A DNA stretch of 61,976 nucleotides, filler included, from Choristocarpus tenellus KU-1152 (lineage: Eukaryota > Protista > Phaeophyceae), in NCBI GenBank assembly GCA_964200185.2. It is 5 parts of 5 records of this genome, joined end to end, with 100 filler letters (N's around TTAATTAATTAA, not from the genome) between each part and the next. Parts side by side here need not be neighbours in the genome. Positions count along the whole stretch, not along the records: positions 1 to 15,130 come from CAXNAD020001052.1; positions 15,231 to 19,564 come from CAXNAD020015066.1; positions 19,665 to 25,350 come from CAXNAD020010012.1; positions 25,451 to 56,316 come from CAXNAD020000087.1; 1 more part is not named here. One strand, 5' to 3'. Position 1 is the first letter of the stretch. Every line of letters starts with the position of its first letter. The translations under genes were made by a program, and so were the position numbers. Under the pieces are notes generated by a model. That model did not search any database and was not told where the DNA came from. It was given only the letters and a program-made list of their open reading frames with translations. Below, piece by piece: positions 14,319-28,400 of the stretch.

Positions 14319-15130
14319 TCATACTTTATGTCCAGTAGGGCACGCTCAACCCCATTTTGGGACCCGTACACCAAACTGTGTCTAGATCATGTCAACTAGT
14401 TTTTGTACCAGTCCATGTCCACTGGCAGATTAGTCAAACTTTTCTGGCATGTCAGTACCATATCTACCGCATGTTGAACTAGTGCACGATGAAAAATGTG
14501 CGAAACAAGTCAAAGGTTAGGTTTAACTCCAGTATCTATCTGTGCAAAGGCAACGAATGGTTGTTTGTTATCATACCGTTATTTTCGTATCCTATATACC
14601 TACATACCGATTTAGAATCTTTTCCGAGAACTTCGGTTCAATGGTGGAGGATTTTCGGAGGGATAATTTTCCGTGACTTCCTGTGACGTCTCTTCATGAG
14701 TATGTTTTCCGGAGGGTGATCTCGCATCTGTGATGGGTTTCATTTCTGAACCTCATCCAAACCGTCATCCCCTTCACTTCCTCAGTCCTTCTCCTTTCCA
14801 ACCTTTACCTCGTCCTCTCCGATACGTTTCGTCTTGGTTCATTTTTCCTGGTGATTCTCTTCACCATCCTTTCCCACTATCACAGAATCACACGATTCAC
14901 ATATATCCATACTACATAGGTTGGAGGTACAGGAAGGTATTGTGGTACAACATAGCTGGTAGTAAAATAGTAAATAGATCAACGTCTTTCACATTTTATG
15001 ACAACTAACAGAGGATTTTCAAAATTGGGCATGGAGCAGGACTACGAGGATGGTTGTTTAAAAGTATCCTGAGGTTTTTTTATGCGACTGTATTTGCACT
15101 TGGAAGGGCCCCTTTTATGACCTTGTTTTG

Positions 15131-15230
15131 NNNNNNNNNNNNNNNNNNNNNNNNNNNNNNNNNNNNNNNNNNNNTTAATTAATTAANNNNNNNNNNNNNN
15201 NNNNNNNNNNNNNNNNNNNNNNNNNNNNNN
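15131..15230. other. Artificial contig linker (N44-TTAATTAATTAA-N44)
   Basis: Exact 100-bp construct with stops in all six frames; it recurs four times. Confidence 0.98.
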
Positions 15231-15394
15231 CTTCCTCCCTCCCCCCCCTCCCCAGCAACCAGAACGTGTCAACATCGACTACTGATTTTTGAACAATTGT
15301 CTACACACTAGAGACACTGTTTGGTTACCTTAGGTTGGTTACTTGGTCATCGAACCCTATTCTATGATTCCCGGTGGGCACTCTATTGAGATAG

Positions 15395-17184
15395 GTCAGG
15401 AGATAAAGGAACTCTGGCTGGAGTATGAGGACTGCTCATCTGCAGAGGCTGCTGTTGTGAAAGACCTGGACAAGTTTGAGATGATTGTGCAGGCTGATGA
15501 GTATGAGCGGGGTGAGGGTGATGAGTCGGTCCATATCCCTTGTCATCTTTGCTCAACCACTTTCATTCCTACTACATAGTCTTGCTGTAACACTGGGGAG
15601 TAGACACCTCGTTGGATATAGTTCAATTTGTGCTTTCGGTTGAGTTTTGCACACTATGTACTATCAATACATGTTATAGTAGTGATATTTTAGTGTTAGG
15701 GTTAAGTATGTTATAGTAGTGATATTTAGTGTTAGGGTTAGATATGTTATAGTAGTGATATTTTAGTGTTTGGGTTAAATATGTGGAAGTCACTGAATAT
15801 GTGAGATGGCGTTCAATGGAGTTTCTGTGCATGCAGCACAGCGCCTGTCTACTTTTATAAACAAGTTTTTTTTTTACTTTGAGTTGATGGGTACATTGCC
15901 CCCTTTTGGAGATTGTAGCGTATCAATTTTGCAAGATATGCAATCTTTTCATTTGTTTGCATGTGGCAGGTTGAATGGGTTTTGAGATCATGGTATCAAG
16001 TAGTGCTTGATCAATGGCGACTGAATCGATTCTGTCCAGGGATAGGTCATAGAGGGTGAAAGGATACGATGTTAATAGTGATACAGTGTTGATAGGGGTA
16101 TGGTGACTATGATTGTAAGTATATCGTACCACCACCACCTACCATGTCTTTTGGATTGGTTCATACCACTAGAGGTGGCCAAATTTGGTCAGTAATCTCA
16201 AAAACCTTAAGAAATGTTGGTTGCTATATTATTGATACATGCAATGACCTTCATTCCTTACCAATGTCAAGATGGTTAGATCAGGATTATTGGTATCATA
16301 CTCACCTTAAGTATTGTGCAAGTTTTCAGTTTGAGATAGATCATCACTTTGTGGTGCATGCTTAGGATTAGGGATAAAATTGTAGTACACCATAAATATC
16401 AACCTTGTGCTATCCCATTGGGGTTGTTGATAGATTCCACCCCACCTTACAGGTCAAGGAATGGACTTGAGTGAGTTCTTTGAGAGCACTAAGGGGTGCT
16501 TCGCAACTCCTCAGGTCAGACATGAACTGTCCCCACTGTCCAGGCAACGTTAATTACATTATCTATTGTTGTATCCTCATTTCTCAACATGATTCTGATG
16601 CGACTCAGGAGGAAGAATTTTTGTGTGTTGGAATGCCTGATGGCATCTGGTGAAGCCTTCACGGTGGTATCCATGTGCTGCTTGGGTACTTTGTTGCACC
16701 ACTAATGGATTGATTTGAGAGACTTCAATCACAACTCAAAGTAACCCTAACCCTAAGTTGCACCACTAATGGATTGATTCGAGAGACTTCAATCACAACT
16801 TAAAGTAACCCTAACCCTAAGTTGCACCACTAATGGATTGATTCGAGAGACTTCAATCACAACTCAAAGTAACCCTAACCCTAAGTTGCTCTCGAATCAA
16901 TCCATTAGTGGTGCAACAGTCAGATAGAGACATTCCATTCAGAAGCTTTTTTGAGAGCATTGCAGTTGGATTGGAAGGTAGCATCCCAACCCTTTGTGTC
17001 AAGGTGGGGCAGATTGCTGCTTGACCTGTGTTAGGCCATGCCATGCTCTGTCTTGTCCCACCACTGTGCGTCTCTATTCTGAAAGGTGCACTCATGGGAC
17101 ACTGAGCTGAGAGCAGACAGGAAGGCTAGATTAGATACGGCGCTCGGAAGAGAAAATATCAAGAATAGTCCACCTACTGTGTGA
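15395..17184 (+). CDS. HDDC2: HD-domain 5'-deoxynucleotidase (HDDC2/YfbR-like), 5'-partial; exons 15395-15511, 16453-16514, 17086-17184
   Basis: [76 protein letters not shown]...* matches the HDDC2 C-terminal pattern (LWxEYE...EAxxVKDLDKxEMIxQAxEYE...LxEFFxST). Splice phases are consistent. Confidence 0.88.
15671..15784. repeat. Tandem repeat, 3 x ~37 bp, each unit ending in TTAGGGTTA or a variant
   Basis: ATGTTATAGTAGTGATATTTTAGTGTTAGGGTTAAGT occurs three times with minor changes. Confidence 0.9.
16692..16918. repeat. 3 x 64-bp tandem unit ending in TAACCCTAACCCTAA, closed by a 30-bp inverted copy of the unit start (MITE-like hairpin)
   Basis: Units start at 16693, 16757 and 16821. CTCTCGAATCAATCCATTAGTGGTGCAACA (16889-16918) is the reverse complement of TGTTGCACCACTAATGGATTGATTCGAGAG. 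Confidence 0.9.
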
Positions 17185-17565
17185 TCCTCTCCTACACACG
17201 GGGACAGGAGGGATGTCCCAGTGTCAAGAAAGAGATTAAAATAGGTTGTAAATAGCCTTTTTTTTTTTGTTTTTCCTTCTTGGGTTTTTGTGTGTGAGGC
17301 TGGTTATTCATATGCAGCATCTCCAGGAGGCTAGTAATATTGAAATATTATATTCATTACTCTCCAGGTTGTTGAAATTGTTGAACATTGCAGTCTATAG
17401 CTTACACTTTTTGGTTATCAATAGTCCTATCCCTGCTCTGTATCAGAATGTGTCCTTTGTTGTAACTTCTGGAGAAATTTTCCTGGGCGACTAAAACTCT
17501 CTACAAGGGGTGCACAAGTGTGATCCCATCGTAGCTGAGTTAAGGTGTTATCTTGGACTTTGCCC

Positions 17566-19116
17566 TTAACCAAGGAATGGTGAATTGCCCTTGTGTGGTA
17601 ACAAGTCTTGCAGAGCTTGACCCATGCGATGCAGAGCATGAACAGACAGTTTCCTGAATTGAAACTTTGCAACCAGTGTGGCCAATGCACGATTTGGTAC
17701 TGTGGCTTCCACAACGACAGACCCGGTACTGCCTCCTCCACATTGGTGACACCAAGGAAGTCCCTGCCTGGCTGAATCCTGTTTGTAACAATTTGAGCAA
17801 AGAGTGTGTCCACATGGTACAAGGGTAATTGGGTCCTCAAAAATTTTCATGCAGGCCATGCACGTGAAGGTCACCTCACTAGCCTCCTCAATTGAGTGCA
17901 GTTTATCTATTGTCACACACAGCTCTGTGTGTATTGCCTCCAGACTCTCCTTCACATTGCCCAGGCCTTGTTTTGGAAGAGCTTTTGGTCCCGCTTGCAA
18001 TAGGTCAATCCTGAGGATTGTTTGGAGTGCGAAATGCCATCATAATGTAGTTACAAAGTGCTAGTAGTATTTTGTCCCCTGTGTGCATAAACCTTTATGT
18101 TATTCTGTCTACACAATGGAGTATGAGGGTTAGGGTTAGGGTTACAAGTACGCGCACCAGGTTGCCCAGAGGACCAACCGGAGTGGGTATGCCATGCTAA
18201 TGTAAAACACACCCACTGACTGCATTCCATGCTTCACATACACACACACACACACATACATCTTCCCTAGATGTTGGACTTGGAGGGTTGAATTGGACTA
18301 CCATCTTTACCTGGTCATGTAGGGAATACACGTCGTGTCCCCTCATGGCAAGACACTATCGATATGATTGCTGCTACTAATAATAGTGGCCATGTGTTGC
18401 ATGGGCCCAAAGTGTCTGGGGGGTGGGGGGGGATCTATACCAGATGTTCATTTGGGTCAAAACCCGGAAAGTGCACTTACATTATACAATTATACATCCG
18501 ACGTATGCAACCAAATCACCCAAAAATTGCAAGATGAAAAAATTGGCCCCAAATGACATCCGCCACCCCCTCCCAGATACTCTGAGCCATGCTGACAATT
18601 GGATGGCATAGTTCAAGGGGTAAAGACCTCCCAGATGCAGGGAAGGGGCATGGAGAATTAGTACTATATGAATCTTATTTTAAATGTGACCTGTTGGGCA
18701 ACCGCCACGCATTCATGCTATGGTTTGGGTTAGGGTTAGGGCTAGGTTGATTTTCTTTTAAATGTGAGCTTAGGGTCAACCATCACAATCTAAGCTATGA
18801 TAAACTTACTTTGTGAGGAGATCATGCCTGTCCTTCTCAGCAAACGCTTTGGTGTCGGAAAGATCTTTCTGCAATTTGTCGTTTTCTTTCTTCATCCTAT
18901 CATTTTCTTCCTTCATCATATCATTTTCTTTCTTCATCCTGTCCACCTGATTGGCAAAGGTCTCGTCAGACCTGACAAGAGAAGGGATGCTAGTGAGTAA
19001 CAAATTCCGGGTGTCGTTCAACAGCATTAATAGCTGATACTAATATAAATAGCACTCTAAACTCATGAAAACGTTGCTGCACATTGAAAGGCGTGTATCG
19101 GCAAATGCGTCTTCGA
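17566..19116 (-). CDS. Coiled-coil + C3HC4 RING-finger protein (putative E3 ligase), 5'-partial; exons 19116-19083 (tentative), 18971-18810, 18010-17566
   Basis: The terminal exon has CMAC-x11-CGHTLCSNC-x12-CHQC. The upstream exon has a heptad 21-bp repeat (RMKKEND/MMKEEND/RMKKEND) and joins in phase 2 (AA|G = Lys). Confidence 0.82.
18404..18588. mobile_element. MITE family A, full copy (185 bp) in a RING-gene intron
   Basis: Imperfect TIRs GGCCCAAAGTGTCTGGGGG...CCCCTCCCAGATACTCTGAGCC, an inner CATTTGGG/CCCAAATG inverted pair, and a 3-bp direct flank (ATG). Further copies lie at 19344, 56417 and 61813. Confidence 0.8.
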
Positions 19117-19343
19117 CTTGGGCAAGATAGAGGATGGTTAACATCCCCTTCTCCTCACACATGGCTTCTGCACATGGGCAATTTCTAAAGACACACTGAT
19201 CTGTAGCATTGACATTGTCACTATGTGCTAGACAGAAAAGCACACAAAGATGAAACCGTTCTCCTTCAACGCCTCCCAAGATGAGGTAGTTTAATTGATG
19301 TGGAGGAGAAGATGAGCGAAGACATTTGTTTGATTGTATGACA

Positions 19344-19500
19344 GGCTCAAAGTATCTGGGGGGGGAGGGGATATCTACACCAGGATGTTCATTTGGGCCC
19401 TGACCAGGAATGGTGCACTTACATTATTCATCCAAGACATGCAACCAAATCACCCAAAAATTGCGACATGACAGCCACCACCCCCCACCCCCCCCCCAAA
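19344..19500. mobile_element. MITE family A, copy with truncated right end
   Basis: GGCTCAAAGTATCTGGGGG...GTGCACTTACATTATTCATCC...CAACCAAATCACCCAAAAATTGC is colinear with 18404-18588. Confidence 0.78.
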
Positions 19501-19564
19501 AACTTTTGGTAAAAAAAAAAGGACAAAAAAGGAGAGAGGGGTGTTTTTTACATATAACCCCCCA

Positions 19565-19664
19565 NNNNNNNNNNNNNNNNNNNNNNNNNNNNNNNNNNNN
19601 NNNNNNNNTTAATTAATTAANNNNNNNNNNNNNNNNNNNNNNNNNNNNNNNNNNNNNNNNNNNN
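19565..19664. other. Artificial contig linker
   Basis: Same N44-TTAATTAATTAA-N44 construct. Confidence 0.98.
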
Positions 19665-19941
19665 AGGGTGTTTGGGAAGAGGGGTACGGTGTATTGGAGA
19701 TGGAGATGGATCTTCCTCATTGCTTCAACACACACAGAGGAATACATTCAGTGCCTGAACAAGAAGAAGAAGAAAATAAATAAATAAATAAATAAAACAA
19801 AACAGGGCATGCCATGCGCACGAGAGAGCCCCTGCCCTTTTGTAAAAAAAAAAGATGAATAAATATCATCTCTGGTTTTCCATCCTTTCCTCTTCACAAC
19901 ACGGATGGATAAAAATTGGATACGCTGTTTTTTGTAGCCAT

Positions 19942-20026
19942 GGGTAGGGTAGGGTAGGGTAGGGTAGGGTAGGGTAGGGTAGGGTAGGGTAGGGTAGGTT
20001 AGGTTAGGTTAGGTTATAGGTTAGGT
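19942..20026. repeat. (GGGTA)n grading into (GGTTA)n pentamer microsatellite
   Basis: Read directly from the sequence. Confidence 0.9.
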
Positions 20027-20810
20027 AGTAATAGTATAGAGGGGAGTCTCACAAAGGTCAATATCTATTTATTTTATAATATTTTATTTTTTCTTATTTT
20101 TAAGAAAAAGAACCGCTTACAACAACAACAAAAAAATCATGAGCAAAATATATATATATATATAACATATATATATATATATCCAAAATCTTATGAATAC
20201 ATTTTTTTTTTAATAAAAATAAAAATAAAAATAGACAGGGCATGCGTCGAGTCGGCAACACAGAGTGGCACATCACATCCATCCCACGCGTACAAACAAG
20301 GTGATGGGGGTAAGAGCCAGAACACTCGTACAAAAACAAAAACAAAAACGCCGACAGACAGGCCTGGGGTGGCAAGTCTCCTCCCCGATTGAGGGGGCAA
20401 AAAAGAGCAAGGTCTTGGAGAGACAGCACATCACATGACAACGTACCAGCATCCCACTACGACTCTATTTACCTCTTCCACTATCCCACTATCCCACTAT
20501 GACCCCGACCGGCCTCAAACCGTCCATGCGATTATTTTTTTTTATTATTATAATTTTTATTTTATTTTATTTTGTAACGTTTTTTTTTGTGCCTTTCGAG
20601 GCGTGTGTATGTTTCTTACACAGCCCGTTGTGTCTTGAAAACATCCCCAAGGAGACAGTGAGCCGCACACTTGGGAGGGCGTTTAAGGCGTCTCTGCACA
20701 AAAGAGGCGTTTAAGCACGTGCCATGTCCCTCCCTCTGCACAGCCCTTCCCTCAAGTCCAATCCGCTCTCCCCCTTCCCCTTCCCCTTCCCCTTCCGCCA
20801 AATCAACTCA

Positions 20811-22466
<1,656 letters not shown>

Positions 22467-22768
22467 ATGGACACTGCACCAATTTAGTCGTCGAAGGTTG
22501 TTCAACACCGCAGAACGAGGATTGACGGATGACTGGCACCAAAGGGAAAACGAGCGCACACTCGACAGTGGTGTAGCAACGGGCATTCAAGTCCAGGTCC
22601 AATAGAGGTTGGTTGATCTGTGCAAGTTGTGAACCATAGAGAGAATCACAAAAAGACATGATTTGAATTGCAAACGCCACTTGAGAATTTAAGAGATCTC
22701 AACTTTTACTACAATGAACTAACTACCCCTTGTTTCTGTGAGGATTATTAATATATATAGTTGGGTGG
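22467..22768. promoter_or_regulatory. Putative bidirectional promoter between DIM1 and uvrD
   Basis: Divergent starts lie about 300 bp apart, if the split-ATG model for DIM1 is correct. Confidence 0.45.
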
Positions 22769-24211
22769 ATGAAGCAGGTGCTGCTTGCCACCCTGGCGGC
22801 AGCAGCCGTAACGTTAGGGAGTGCCTTCCACCGGGGCCTTTCCTCCACCCTCGCACCCTGTCGGCGCCATGGGATTGCTTTGCTGAAGGTGACCAGGACC
22901 ACACTACTTCATGGCTCTCAAGCAGCGCACACGAGGACCCACCACAGGAGGCTTCATGAAGACTGTTGTGCTACCTGGAGGTCTTCCTATCCGTTGACTG
23001 CTTTTCGAAGAGATATAATTGATGGTGGATATGGAGAATTACAGGGGGAGGGGGGGTATGAAATGGAAGACGGCCTCAATCCATCTCAGCAGGAGGCTGT
23101 TGTATCTCCCGTTGGACCCGTACGCGTGGTGGCGGGCCCGGGATCCGGGAAGACACGGGTCCTTACACGAAGAGTGGCTCATCTGGTGAGCTATGACTCA
23201 ATAAGCTTTCGCCTTTTCGCACGAAGGAGGTTGAGAGATCCTAGTAGTCAGTTGACGGGCAACGAACTCTTCTGAAGTACCTTGCAAGACCTGGCTAACC
23301 CGATTTCGCTCCCTGTATGTACTATTGACCACTTTCCCGTGACCTTGTGAAAATTATCCAAGGTTAGGAACTTGTCGGCCCCCCCATGGTCCATCCTGGC
23401 CGTGACCTTCACCAACAAGGCAGCAGCAGAGATGCGTGGAAGGGTAGCCAAAATTCTTGGCAAGGACGTCACCGGTCAGATTACCCTTGGGACCTTTCAC
23501 AGTGTATGCGCTCGTCTAATGAGGAGGTTCGGGGAGCACCTTCCTGCACTGATCCCGGGGCTTGACCGTCAGTTCACGATATTCGACACGGACGACTCCC
23601 GCAAACTGGTCGCCGAAATTATCAAGGAGATGGGACTGGACTCTACCAAGGTCATGAGAGAGTCTGCCATCTCCATTTATTTTTCCTAAGCCATCCTCAA
23701 TCCCACTCGCTTCTTGCTTCATACTAAGAGACTGCTTTATAATATGTAATTGTGTGTCCTGTTAGAGCGCTAAGTACCTTATGTAGGGGTCCTTGTAAAT
23801 GCTTATTACTTAAGCATATTGACACCTCCCGCTGCAGTTCAAGATCAGTTCAAGAAGATAAAACAACTGCTGTCCCTCTTTTATTTTCTCCTCTCCTATC
23901 TTGCATTCTGTTTCAATCCTGACTGCCGTGGCGCCGCTCTCGGCGCACATGTCCTTCCTCAAAAGAACAGGTCAAGCCGCAATGGTTCATCTCACAGATG
24001 TCGTGGTTGAAGAGTCAGGGGAAGGGACCAAACGACGTGATGGAGTTAAATAAGGGTAGGGGGGGAGGTACAATTTCAGCAGAGAAAAAGAAAATGCTGA
24101 AGACCTTGGCAGAGCTTTTTCCCATCTATCAGCGGAGGCTAGCTGAAAGCAATGCTGTTGACTTTGACGATCTGTTGTTGGTGACACTTCGCCTGCTGAA
24201 AGAGAACAAGG
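22769..24211 (+). CDS. uvrD: UvrD/PcrA/Rep superfamily-1A DNA helicase, probably plastid-targeted, 3'-partial; exons 22769-23185, 23363-23650, 23971-24211
   Basis: Q-motif LNPSQQEAV, Walker [15 protein letters not shown], motif Ia [15 protein letters not shown], Ib [15 protein letters not shown] and NAVDFDDLL. The N-terminus [19 protein letters not shown]|F is a signal peptide plus an ASAFAP-type motif. Confidence 0.93.
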
Positions 24212-24552
24212 GTGAGAGCTGAAAGAGGAACAACTCTGTTGATAGACATAGCTCCATTGTAGTAAGTGTGTTTGGTAGTATCTTATGTGATAGTACTCTT
24301 TTCGTGTGGGAGACTACAGTGATGACTCATGCTGAGGACAAGTTCATATCTCACTACTCTTATCTCATGAACGACCACCCCTAAGACATACTGCTTGCTT
24401 GACTTGACCGATATTTTTTATATTTTCATATCTTTTTTTTTGTGCGTGTGTGTGTGTGTCCCTTTTTCAATTGTGTTGCTGCTGTTTGCCTGAAACGCAC
24501 TAGTTTTTGATCAATCTGTCAACCTCCTTGCCTCTTGCGACCACAAACAACG

Positions 24553-24601
24553 ATGCCGTGGGCATGTCATGCCGTGGGCATGTCATGCCGTGGGCATGTC
24601 A
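24553..24601. repeat. 3 x 16-bp tandem repeat ATGCCGTGGGCATGTC
   Basis: Read directly from the sequence. Confidence 0.9.
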
Positions 24602-25350
24602 GGTGTATGTATGTTGCATCATGTCATCATATCATCATGTCATGGGCTCTCATGCTGTGATGTTTTGTTTCTCACATGCCAATGCCCACGCAACTGTACT
24701 GTTGTCACTTTTTGATTGTAAGGTACGCCATGAAGCCCTAGTCCAACCAAGGAGGGTATTGATTTAGTTTGTAGAAGTACTTTTTTTCAGGTGAAAAGAC
24801 AGATTAGTACATATCGGAAACGGGTTTCACCATCAGGCATGTAAATAAATAAATAATAAAGAAAGAAAATAGGTATTTGCTAGTAGCGCATACATACATT
24901 GCAACCACTCCAAGGGAGTTGCAGTCAGTTCCATGCCAAGAGAGATCGTGCGCAATTTATCCTTGCGGAAGCTGCCACTGTTCTATCCTCGGCAGCTGCC
25001 ACTATTTTGCAAAGACATTTAGACATCCCAGGAGCACCAGAGCGCTTGGTCTCGCACACACCATTGATTTTTAGAGCTCCAACTACTGGGCAACTGGATT
25101 GATACTCTACCTGGCATCAAATTCTGGACCTTTTGGTCGACTCGCCTCCATCGGCTCTTGTGTCCCACTTCAATAGACAACGAGCCCAAATACAGTTACG
25201 CCCAGCACATGCTCTTACTATAACAACAACCACTACCCGGTTTACCGCCCAAGCTCGCCCGCCCGCCCCTACGTCAGCATTGCTCTCCCCAAAGTGCGAG
25301 AATAGAGCCCTTTAAAAAAAAAAAATGGAGAGGCTGCCTCGCCAATAAAT

Positions 25351-25450
25351 NNNNNNNNNNNNNNNNNNNNNNNNNNNNNNNNNNNNNNNNNNNNTTAATT
25401 AATTAANNNNNNNNNNNNNNNNNNNNNNNNNNNNNNNNNNNNNNNNNNNN
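25351..25450. other. Artificial contig linker
   Basis: Same construct. Confidence 0.98.
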
Positions 25451-28400
25451 GGAGTGGTTTGGGTCAATCGAGGAGATGGTGAAGGTCATTAAGAAACAGT
25501 ATGAGTAAGATGAAACCACACTTGAGAGGGCTTGACAGCTCTTTTTTGTGGTGTACAATCAAGTACTTAGATACAAAGTGGGGAATGACTTCAGTGTGGA
25601 GCACACAGTGGTAAGGAAGAGGAAGTTGTCTGGCGAGCTTGGCAGCTTGAATGAAAACATGCCGAAGGTAGACATGGAGACTTTTTCTGTGGCTGATAAA
25701 GTTGTGATGGATGGGGAGTAATAATAATAATAATAAGAGCTGACCCTAGCCGGAAATTCATCAAGGATTCCAAATCTTCCAGAAATGAATTTCATCACCT
25801 TCAAAAGTTATGGACAATGTGGCACAGACTTAGGCACAGTGGTAGTATATTATTATTTTGTTAGTATCACTATATACTCGGGAGGAAGATGTTGAAGGGG
25901 TCTATATACCTTCAAGGTATCTAACAAACTTTTCTATTGTGATATTAATAGGTTGGGTGAGTAAGACAGATGAGATGGTGTTTGTTTATCTTTATGTTTT
26001 GGTACTGGATATCTTGATACTTCTGTTAGGGTTAGGACTAATTTGGTGATAAGCGGGGACTAGAACTTATTTAGGCTAGTGCATTGTGTTCTATACCTGT
26101 TGTGTTACCAACTGTGTTGTGTTTGTTTATTTTTATGCTTAATTTGTTACAACTATGTGTTTTTTATACATCATTTTTGTTTAGTGGTGTGTTGCTGGAA
26201 GATACTGGAAGTAAAGGTAATTGTGGTGTTGATGAAATGGACTCTACCTGTGGTGCCAAATGTGTAACAAAACATTCATGATAATGGAGAAGCATTGACA
26301 AAGGGTGGGATGATTTCGATCAGTGTTGTTACGTTGATTATCATGTTTTTGATTACTGTTTTGATTATTTTAGTATGTTCATTACTGGTGACACCAAGAG
26401 GACTCCTTCTGTGTTAACTGTAGTGTGCTGTTACTATTTAAATTGATTGTGGTAGTAGTTACCTTGTTTAGGCTATGGTTAAGGATAATGTGATGAGGAC
26501 AGAAGGATTCCCAACTTTGTTTCAAATTGTGTTTCCAAGCACGTTATTGACTGTCAGTGAGGGTGAAACATGATGGATGTGATGTGGTGTCTATAGAGGT
26601 GATAACGGTGATCATGGTGTGATGAGGGTGCTACTCAAGTCCCACCAACAGTCTTTGTGTTGTGATATTATGATGTTTACTATATATGCTGTTATCTTGT
26701 TTTGTTACATGCTGCAAAGGAGGAAGAGGAACAAGATGATGATGATGGCTATGAGGATGATGGGTGGGACTTTATGGATATAGAAGAGTACCTGGAGCAA
26801 GCAGAGGAGAAAGAGGAAGAGCCAAAGATGGAAGAGTCCAATGAGGCCAATGCTGACTTCATGAGGGGTCACGCTCAAATGTACACCAAGCAGGCAATTA
26901 AGGCTGGGGCGTCCCGGATTGTGAACCGTGCCATGAAGGACGGCTTCAATGCAATGAAAAACAAGGTGGGGTGACATTTTCTTCATTTTTTAAACTAAAA
27001 AAAACATTTATGTTAGTTCTACCAGTGTGAACATAATAGTAATAATCTTGTAGTTTTAAGAAGCAATGCTTGCAATATATAAGGTTGAGGTCGGCTGTTG
27101 CCACTGAGTCATAAATGGTCCACATAGTTAATATTTTTGTATAGTTAAATATTAGTGGATAGTGGAGATTGTCAACAGGACAGTTCTCAGGTGTTGGGTG
27201 CTTGGTGTGAGTGGAAGTTGCAATGTAGTTCACAGATCATGAATTCAGAATGATTTCGAAAAATCTCTTACTTAGCTGTGGATCAAAAGTGTTCCAACTT
27301 CTTACGTATCATGGAATGACAACCTTTTTTTGTCAAACCTAGGGAACTACATCGTGGTGTTGCTTTCAACTGACCAACCCTATCCCTAACTCTACCACAA
27401 GTTGGTGTTACTATGTATATACAATATACACTATTATTATCTTCCTGCAACTGTGACATTACATCAAGATTAGCTCAAACACTATTTTCATAACTTTACT
27501 ACTGCCTTTGCCTGCTGTGTCAATATTTTTTCAAAACGTTGAGTGTCTACAATGTGATGCTACTAATATTAATATGTTGATTTCTTAACCCTAACCCTTT
27601 GGTCTCTAATATACTGGTCGATTACATGATCTTTGCAATACAGAAAGAGGTAGAGAAAAATACAATGTTAATTATGTTGTGACAGGTTATCCTTGGCTTA
27701 GCTAAGAGGTGTAAATCCTGAAGCTTTATCAATAGATGCATGTTAAAGCATTCTAGATATTATTATTATTATTAGATACGTGATTTATGTGAGGGATAGA
27801 TGCAGTTTACAGCTTAAAGAAAAAATAGAAAATTTAATCTTGATAATAATTTAGAGATGTTGGAATTTTCCGATTGCCCCAACTCTATGTTTTATTCTGA
27901 CTGCTATTATATTTTGATACTGTTAATTATATTCATTTATCTATGTGCAACTTGACGTCCTTCTCTCTGTCTTTTTTCTTCTCTGATTCGAGCTGAAACA
28001 CTGATCTCTCAACTTCAACTTCAACTTCCAACCCCTCCACTGTACTCATACAATATTTATATATTTTTTTGTGAACTGTTTTGTCTTGGTGTGTAATTTA
28101 GTGACCCCTTGAGAGATAATGTATCCAATTCAATGTGGAAGGTGGACCGACAAGCAACCATTTTATTATTATTGTTATTATTGTTTTGTTCTCACTTATT
28201 CTAGAAGTACTACTTTACCTCCTACATTGGGTAGGTGGTGCACATACAGCCCTATCTTTTCCTCACTCTATTCTAATCCCCACCCCAGCTCTGGGGTGTA
28301 AAGAGTAAAAAGATAGTGATGTTGGTGTGGTGCAAAGGCCCTCACCTTGCCATCCAAAACAGTCCTTTCAGGAATTGAAATATTTTGTGGGATTTGAGTG

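Noticed and set aside
16693-16884. CRISPR-like array
   Set aside because: Units are wholly repeated with no unique spacers, the context is a eukaryotic intron, and no cas genes are present.
19942-20026. True telomere or chromosome end
   Set aside because: Pentamer repeats (GGGTA/GGTTA) are internal, with ordinary sequence on both sides, and probably lie within a DIM1 intron.
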